Below, one piece after another: positions 58,298 through 64,000 of a stretch of DNA of 64,000 nt (positions are counted from its first letter, which is position 1; each line of letters begins with the position of its first letter). The position numbers were made by a program, and so were the translations under genes. Under the pieces are notes generated by a model that had not been told where the DNA came from, made no database searches, and saw only the letters and a program-made list of their open reading frames with translations. The stretch comes from Bacillota bacterium (GTDB taxonomy: Bacteria > Bacillota > JAAYKD01): the NCBI GenBank assembly GCA_963666425.2, contig OY762825.2, positions 1,824,001-1,888,000 of the forward strand. The letters run 5' to 3'.

Positions 58298-59176
58298 TCA
58301 GTAGATTTCTTTGGCGTCACGGGGCAGTTCGTGAATATGACGGACATAAGACCGACTGTTGCGCGCTAATTTTTGATCATAAGTAAAATGCAGCCGTGCC
58401 GCCACTTCTTGGGCGGTTTCCTCGAACAAGTCCATCATCGTAAATAATGCCTGCCAAAGTGCGGCTTCCTCTCCGCTGGGGTAGGTTGCCAGCAATTTTT
58501 GCCAGGTTTGCGGCGGTAAGTAATTCTTCAGATATTTACCGGATTTACCGGTCGAAACCGCGAAATCGGTTTCTGTACCGACCAGCCAGTTCAGCATGGT
58601 GATCAATTTGAACTTCGGATATTGAAAACAATCCAGGGCATAAAGCAATTCATTGCGCCAAAGCCCTTTGGCGATATAAGGCGCCACCCAATAAAAATCG
58701 ATACAACGGCAATCAAAAATTGCCTGCGTTGGCCGCTGCACGAGATAATCGCCGTCATTGGCAGCCGGGATTTTCGGCAGCAGCGCATCTTTATCGAGCA
58801 GGACAACGGTCAGACTGTCGCTGCCGAATTCTTTTCGCATCGCCGCTTTGGTCAGGATAGAAAGATCGATGCGGTTGCCGTCGGTAAATTGCATCAGCCA
58901 AGCATAACGCTGTGAGAAATCGATGGCTTTTCCCAATATTTGATCCAATTGATCCGGTTCTTCCATGATCAGGATCTCGCCAAAACGGTCGAGCCAAGCA
59001 GGATCGGCTAAAAAGGAAGCGGTCTCCGTTACCACATAAACGATATCAAAATCCTGAAAGATATCTTTCGGAACCTTGACATTCGCCCGGGAGCCGTTGA
59101 GATAAACCGCACGAATTCTTTCATCGTTTCTGGCTGTGCTGAGAAGCAAATCCAGCATTTTCTGTTCATTGCGCAT
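58298..59176 (-). CDS. ant(6): Aminoglycoside 6-adenylyltransferase (ANT(6), AadK/AadE family)
   Basis: DERIRAVYLNGSRAN, DIFQDFDIVYVV, LMQFTDGNRIDL, VLLDKD, YIAKGLWRNE, STGKSGKYL; ATG 59176 after AAGGAG. Confidence 0.92.
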   Translation of the reverse strand: MRNEQKMLDLLLSTARNDERIRAVYLNGSRANVKVPKDIFQDFDIVYVVTETASFLADPAWLDRFGEILIMEEPDQLDQILGKAIDFSQRYAWLMQFTDGNRIDLSILTKAAMRKEFGSDSLTVVLLDKDALLPKIPAANDGDYLVQRPTQAIFDCRCIDFYWVAPYIAKGLWRNELLYALDCFQYPKFKLITMLNWLVGTETDFAVSTGKSGKYLKNYLPPQTWQKLLATYPSGEEAALWQALFTMMDLFEETAQEVAARLHFTYDQKLARNSRSYVRHIHELPRDAKEIY

Positions 59177-59304
59177 TGGTTTACTCCTTATTTTGAACTG
59201 GATATCACTCATTGATTATTCGTGCCGTTTGCTGCGGGTTCCTTCTCTCGGACGCTGCCACAGCCGGAATCAGCTTGATGACAAGCGGCAGCGTCAGCGA
59301 TGAA

Positions 59305-59979
59305 TCAGTTTTTAGAGCTGCACGAAAAATTTAACCATTGAGCAGGGCAATCTGCCTTCTCTTGGATTTCGTTAAGCAAACGAGCAGTATGAAAACCATC
59401 GCAGACCGCATGATGTGCACGGATCGAAAAAGGCAGCAGCATTCGTTTACCTTGAGCAAAATACTTACCGGTTGTGAAAATAGGCAGCAGATAAGCCATA
59501 CTCTGGGGCAGATGCAGGTTGAATTCGCTGAAACTGATCCAGGGTAGAGCAGAAAAAGGAAAAACATTCGCCGGGGTGTTCTCTTGGGCTGTTAATTTGT
59601 GCACATTTCCGAACTGCGCTGTATTCTCCAAATAAGATTGATAAAATTGAGCAAAATCTCTCTGAAAAGGGGTCCAGATACTGGTAAAGGTTTCACTTTC
59701 CGGTTGGAACCAGGTATAAGAGGGGTGAAGTATATCCCAATAACCCAGAACACCATTTTCGTCGAGACATGTGCGAAATTCACTATGATTGTTGACCGCA
59801 CAGGCTGTGAGGTAGATGCTGACAGGGTAAAATTTGATTTGCTTTTGCTGACAGGTTGTCAGTAAAGTGGTGATGTCCAAATTGACCGTGATATTATAAG
59901 TGCAAGCCACTTCCTGCAGATAATGCTGATAATAGGGTGTCCGCGGCCAGCCATTGCAATCGATTGGATGGAATGTCAT
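59305..59979 (-). CDS. catA: Type A chloramphenicol O-acetyltransferase-like protein
   Basis: Catalytic motif HHAVCDGFH, SALPWISF, PIFTTGKY, WPRTPYY. Confidence 0.9.
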   Translation of the reverse strand: MTFHPIDCNGWPRTPYYQHYLQEVACTYNITVNLDITTLLTTCQQKQIKFYPVSIYLTACAVNNHSEFRTCLDENGVLGYWDILHPSYTWFQPESETFTSIWTPFQRDFAQFYQSYLENTAQFGNVHKLTAQENTPANVFPFSALPWISFSEFNLHLPQSMAYLLPIFTTGKYFAQGKRMLLPFSIRAHHAVCDGFHTARLLNEIQEKADCPAQWLNFSCSSKN

Positions 59980-60013
59980 TTCTTTTCTCCTTTTCTTTCG
60001 GGAGCCTCTTTGC

Positions 60014-63000
60014 TTAGCAGAGCAGCGGCCGCTGCCGATGCAGCTGCAGCGTTAGGGTGTCATCATCTTCGATACTGAAATCAATGAAAATACTGCGGCT
60101 GCGGCAGAGCATTTGGATGACAGCCAGATCATGCAGCAGGTGGGTCCTGGCGCAGAGATAGAGATAATCTCCCTGTGCAGTTTCGTCGGCCACTTCCGAG
60201 GTATAGGAGACGGCAGTGATCCAGGGGCAGCGGATTGCGGCATAGTGATGTTTATAATTGAGCGTGTAAGGGATCCAGTAATTGATCATGTTCTGAACAT
60301 AATCGGCGGGGAACAGCCGCGGCAGCCAGGCATGCGCATACTTTTCAAAACGCTCGCGCCATTCACTGTTCCAGGTGGAAATTTCCGGATCCCGGTTGAT
60401 GGTCTCGGCAATGACCTCCGCAATCTTTTGATTGACCGCTAAATTGGAAGTAAAGTCGGCATGGTCTACCGTCCAGAAATAACCGTAGAGCAGCGCGCGC
60501 GGCAGCCAGAAGCCTTTAAACCCCGGCGAAGTATAACCGGAATACTGTTGATCCCATTCATGGCTGGGTACGCCATGATTATCAATCACCACATCAGGCA
60601 GGTTGCCGAGCCAGAGTTTACTGAAAGCCAATGCTTCGCTGTGAATCGTATCGGGATGGAAATATTCTGAGGTGAAATCGCGTCCGAGCGCGTTGAAACG
60701 AGCGACATGCAGTTTCCAATTGGGATGTTCCAGCTGCAATTCATGATGCAGTGCAGCACCATCGGGGTTTTCCAGGGGAATGATGGCAAGACTGATTTGC
60801 TCCGCCAGATTCTGGTAGAGGGGATTGCTCAGGAGTTCTTTCAGCAGCAGAAAAGCCGCATTTGTGCTGGAGACTTCATTGGCATGATGCCGACAGAGGA
60901 TGATTTCGGAAGGCAGCAAGCTCAGTCGCTTGACCCGAGAAAGATAACCTTTGGCTTGTGGCAGCAGTTCGATGCCATAAATCACTCTGCCCAAAACACT
61001 CTTGGCAAGCGGCAGAACACGCAGACCCGGCACCAATTTCAGCTGCTTCATGATGGCGAGATATTCCTCATAACCAATCACGCTGTGTTCCTGTAAATCA
61101 ATTTGCTGGATCGACAGTGGCGGACGCAGCAATTGCTTTTGCGGCAGATCGAGCAGATAGGCGGTTGGCTGCGGGTCATTGGCCAACGTAAAGACCAATT
61201 GGCGGACGGGAAAGTAGGAGAGTTCTTCCTGCGCTGTTTTTTTGCCGATCAATTCCGTGTAAAAATGCAGCAAACGATGAAAATCGAATTCATCTCTTTG
61301 GCTGCGCCAATCTTCCACAGCAATCTGAGCCCGGAAATGATCCTGCTGCCAATCCAATTGCTGCAGGCTGGTTTTCACAGAACCTTTGTTCAAAGCGCGA
61401 TACTGCCGGCCGCTTTGCGTGAGCAGCAGAGGCTTTTTCTCCATTTGTTCCAATAGGGTGACACGCAGGGTCGGTTTGCCTGATCGCTGATGGAGCAGAG
61501 GCAGGATCAAACCGGGAGCAGTGAACTGCTCTCCGCAGCGGTTTAATCCGTAAACCTTAAAGAAATCGCTGCCGGCAAAGTAAAGATCTTCATGCAAAGC
61601 GTCGAGAGAGGAAAGCAAATCCTGCCGCCAAGGCAATTTCTCATCCGGTTCGCTGGCTTCAATCTCCAAACGCAGTTGAGAGAAGAAAGGCTGATCGGCA
61701 ATACTGGCCTGCTGTGGCAGCTTTTCTTCGATAAAATTGCGGCAGTCGGGCAGTATTTCCTGCTGATAAAGATTCCAAATCGTGGTCAGATCGGTATCGA
61801 TCTTCTGCTCGAATAAAAGCGTTCCATTACGGTGAACCTTCAGGTAACCGCAGGCGGGATGCACGAGCCCGAGAGCAGGATAGGCATCGAGATAAGGTCG
61901 GTTCTGCCAGGCGGCCAGATAGTGTTCCTGCAGCAAGGGGGTATTGTTTTGATCAAAGGCTGTCACTTCGTAGGTCAGATTCGCCTTGCCTTTGTATTCA
62001 AGGAATTGAATCGCACTGCGCGGCAGCGCGAGCCGGCTGCTCAAAAGATCATCGGCGGGATAAAGCTCCTGCAGATAGCGCAGCGGCAGGTCATGCCATT
62101 GCTCCGCTGTGGCCGTAGTCAGATGGTTGCGGATGGGGGTAGCTCCATCCTGATCCAGCCATTCTGTTTTCCCTTCCGGTAAAAAAGCCTTGAAAGCAAT
62201 TTCTATGTGGTGCAGCGAACCAAATTGCTGCAGCTGCGGCAGGATGACTTCTTCCAGCCAACTGTAACCTTGTTTATAAGCGCAAAGAAAGTGAAACCGA
62301 TCGGTCTGCAAGCCCCGCTGCTGCAATTGGTTCAGAATTTCAGCGGCAAGCTGTTGGCGGCAGGCAGCATCTTCGCTCAGGGCAGCCTCAATTTCGATGT
62401 GATCACCGGCCTGCAGCAACGGATAGACCGTCTCAGAAAGCAGTCGGCGCAGCACATCCGCTTCCCAGGGCAGATCATAGGCTTTACTGTAAACCGTACG
62501 GGACGCTTTGTGGTTGAAGAATTCCACTTCCGGGTACTCTCGCTGCAAAGCGGCCAATTCCGTCGGATCGGCAGGAGAGGTATAACAGAGTAAGGGATCA
62601 TCATCCGCTTCGATCAGCATTTGCAGCGCTGCTGTCTGACCATTCAGTGTTTGCAGACAGAGCCCGTCTTCCGTTTGTTGTAAAAAATCCTGCCAGGTCT
62701 GGTCTTCCCGCAGAGCCGGGAAATGCGTGCAGAATTCTGCCGAGAAAGCTTCCAATTCGGCTCCGCTGCCGCTGATCACGAGGCGGCTGCTTTCCGGCGC
62801 AGAAAGTAGTTTGATGCTGCAGCAGGCTTGTGTTTGGAAAGTAAGCAAATTACCGGGGACGGGCTGGCTGACTGCAATCGGCAGCGTATAAGAGGTCGTT
62901 TCCATGCCGAAACGGACAGCAAAGTTACAGGCAGCGATCAGCGTGCTGTCGTCACAGTTTGCCGGCAGCAGAAAATGCAAATCCAGCTGGTCCGGGAGGC

Positions 63001-63457
63001 CATTATGATCGCTGTCTTTTAAAAAAACTCCCAAAGAGAATAAATCGGCCAGACCGCGCTGCGGCTGCAGCGTGCCGACAGGACGGTAATCTTCCGGTGC
63101 TTTACTTGCTTTAAATCCACTCGGCCGCTGCTCGGCCGCATGCGGTAAACGCATGTGCAGCAACGCTTCCGCTTTGCTGTTCAAATCGGCCAGAGCCGCC
63201 GGCAGATCCTGCAAACCCCGAATGGCAACGATGACTTTATTTTGTTGCTGCACGATGCTGAATGCATCGTGCGTTTGCTCATCGGCCTGCAGATAGAGCA
63301 TATTCTCCTCCGTGCGCGCCGTCTGTCTGACAGCGACGGGAAATTCCAGGGAAATGCTGTGAAAACCCAGCCAAAGCGCCAATTCCAGAGTCAGTGTTTT
63401 CTGCAGGTCAGTCATGGCAGGGGTAAGCAGTATTTTGATGGTATGGGGATGATACAT
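60014..63457 (-). CDS. Large M14-family zinc carboxypeptidase-domain protein
   Basis: C-terminal RHHANEVSST (HxxE), ENPDG, ARFNALGRD, IDNHG, SEVADE; ~800-aa unassigned N-terminal region; no signal peptide. Confidence 0.85.
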   Translation of the reverse strand: MYHPHTIKILLTPAMTDLQKTLTLELALWLGFHSISLEFPVAVRQTARTEENMLYLQADEQTHDAFSIVQQQNKVIVAIRGLQDLPAALADLNSKAEALLHMRLPHAAEQRPSGFKASKAPEDYRPVGTLQPQRGLADLFSLGVFLKDSDHNGLPDQLDLHFLLPANCDDSTLIAACNFAVRFGMETTSYTLPIAVSQPVPGNLLTFQTQACCSIKLLSAPESSRLVISGSGAELEAFSAEFCTHFPALREDQTWQDFLQQTEDGLCLQTLNGQTAALQMLIEADDDPLLCYTSPADPTELAALQREYPEVEFFNHKASRTVYSKAYDLPWEADVLRRLLSETVYPLLQAGDHIEIEAALSEDAACRQQLAAEILNQLQQRGLQTDRFHFLCAYKQGYSWLEEVILPQLQQFGSLHHIEIAFKAFLPEGKTEWLDQDGATPIRNHLTTATAEQWHDLPLRYLQELYPADDLLSSRLALPRSAIQFLEYKGKANLTYEVTAFDQNNTPLLQEHYLAAWQNRPYLDAYPALGLVHPACGYLKVHRNGTLLFEQKIDTDLTTIWNLYQQEILPDCRNFIEEKLPQQASIADQPFFSQLRLEIEASEPDEKLPWRQDLLSSLDALHEDLYFAGSDFFKVYGLNRCGEQFTAPGLILPLLHQRSGKPTLRVTLLEQMEKKPLLLTQSGRQYRALNKGSVKTSLQQLDWQQDHFRAQIAVEDWRSQRDEFDFHRLLHFYTELIGKKTAQEELSYFPVRQLVFTLANDPQPTAYLLDLPQKQLLRPPLSIQQIDLQEHSVIGYEEYLAIMKQLKLVPGLRVLPLAKSVLGRVIYGIELLPQAKGYLSRVKRLSLLPSEIILCRHHANEVSSTNAAFLLLKELLSNPLYQNLAEQISLAIIPLENPDGAALHHELQLEHPNWKLHVARFNALGRDFTSEYFHPDTIHSEALAFSKLWLGNLPDVVIDNHGVPSHEWDQQYSGYTSPGFKGFWLPRALLYGYFWTVDHADFTSNLAVNQKIAEVIAETINRDPEISTWNSEWRERFEKYAHAWLPRLFPADYVQNMINYWIPYTLNYKHHYAAIRCPWITAVSYTSEVADETAQGDYLYLCARTHLLHDLAVIQMLCRSRSIFIDFSIEDDDTLTLQLHRQRPLLC

Positions 63458-63655
63458 CAGGACCTGCCTTCTTTCTGTGCTCTTTGTATTGCTAAATTCG
63501 CTGAAGGACAGTGCTTTTTCCTGCTTGATAAGAGAGAAAAATTGAAAAAACTACCTTAAGGCAAAGATGAGATAGAGGTAAGAACTGTTTTTCTGTTTTG
63601 GGCGGCGAGCATTGTCCAGAAGAATCGCACAGTTTTGGCAGGATTGCAGCCAATC

Positions 63656-63688
63656 AAAAAGGCACGGTTTTAATACCGCGCCTTTTTT
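63656..63688 (-). terminator. Rho-independent terminator
   Basis: AAAAAGGC..GGT/ACC..GCCTTTTT just downstream of the minus-strand stop at 63705. Confidence 0.75.
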
Positions 63689-63704
63689 GAAATAATATGG
63701 AATC

Positions 63705-63998
63705 TTATTTGACAGTCGCTATAATGACTCTGATGCGGTCACCGGCCACAAAGATGCTGCTGTCATAATAGCCGCGCAAATGATAGAGATTCAAATCGGA
63801 AACAGCGGCTAAATTGGTGGTATAGATTGCCTCATCGGTCTTGAGATAAACTTGCAGATCGGCTGCCAATTGATATTCCTGATGATTGCCGACCACAGCA
63901 GAATTGCTCAGGGTATCAATATCCAATTCAGCCAATTTGAGTATATTGCTGACCGTATGATTGCTGTAAACCAGCATAACACCGCCGGACAGGTTATA
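63705..63998 (-). CDS. 3' end of a gene truncated by the window edge, probably an S-layer-type surface protein
   Basis: Frame stays open to the edge (YNLSGGVMLVY...); the C-terminus GYYD....GDRIRVIIA resembles clostridial SLH-protein ends as I recall them. Confidence 0.5.
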   Translation of the reverse strand, partial: YNLSGGVMLVYSNHTVSNILKLAELDIDTLSNSAVVGNHQEYQLAADLQVYLKTDEAIYTTNLAAVSDLNLYHLRGYYDSSIFVAGDRIRVIIATVK

Positions 63999-64000
63999 AC

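Overview
Bacterial chromosomal window, most likely Bacillota (perfect sigma-A promoters, AAGGAGG-type RBSs, a T-box-regulated tyrS). I found no IS, phage, CRISPR, tRNA or rRNA. 1-15.4 kb: mixed accessory and housekeeping genes (AraC/GyrI regulator, AAC(6')-I-type acetyltransferase, GNAT-isochorismatase fusion, YgeY-type M20 hydrolase, tyrS, YtrA-ABC module, MATE, nitrilase, MerR/GyrI regulator plus GNAT). 15.7-23.2 kb: an AT-richer ion-homeostasis module in which a shortened KdpD/KdpE pair precedes a Trk operon rather than kdpFABC; the operon holds a TPR protein, four TrkA/RCK paralogues, an unannotated 34-aa membrane peptide, TrkH and an exported OB-fold-like protein, behind paired 11-bp-periodic boxes. 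Two CNNM/CorC genes and a CofE-like ligase follow. 27.9-56.9 kb: one ~9,670-aa secreted protein with a mosaic N-terminal tip, FN3/Ig/PKD/CARDB stalk, an ancient ~1,900-aa internal duplication, a ~700-aa alpha-helical insert with hydrophobic segments and no recognisable cell-wall anchor. 57-64 kb (minus strand): M14 peptidase, catA-like, ant(6)-like and ugtP-like genes, plus the 3' end of a probable surface protein. Best candidates for undescribed biology are the giant protein and the KdpDE-Trk module. All family calls are from motif recognition by eye; no database searches were run.
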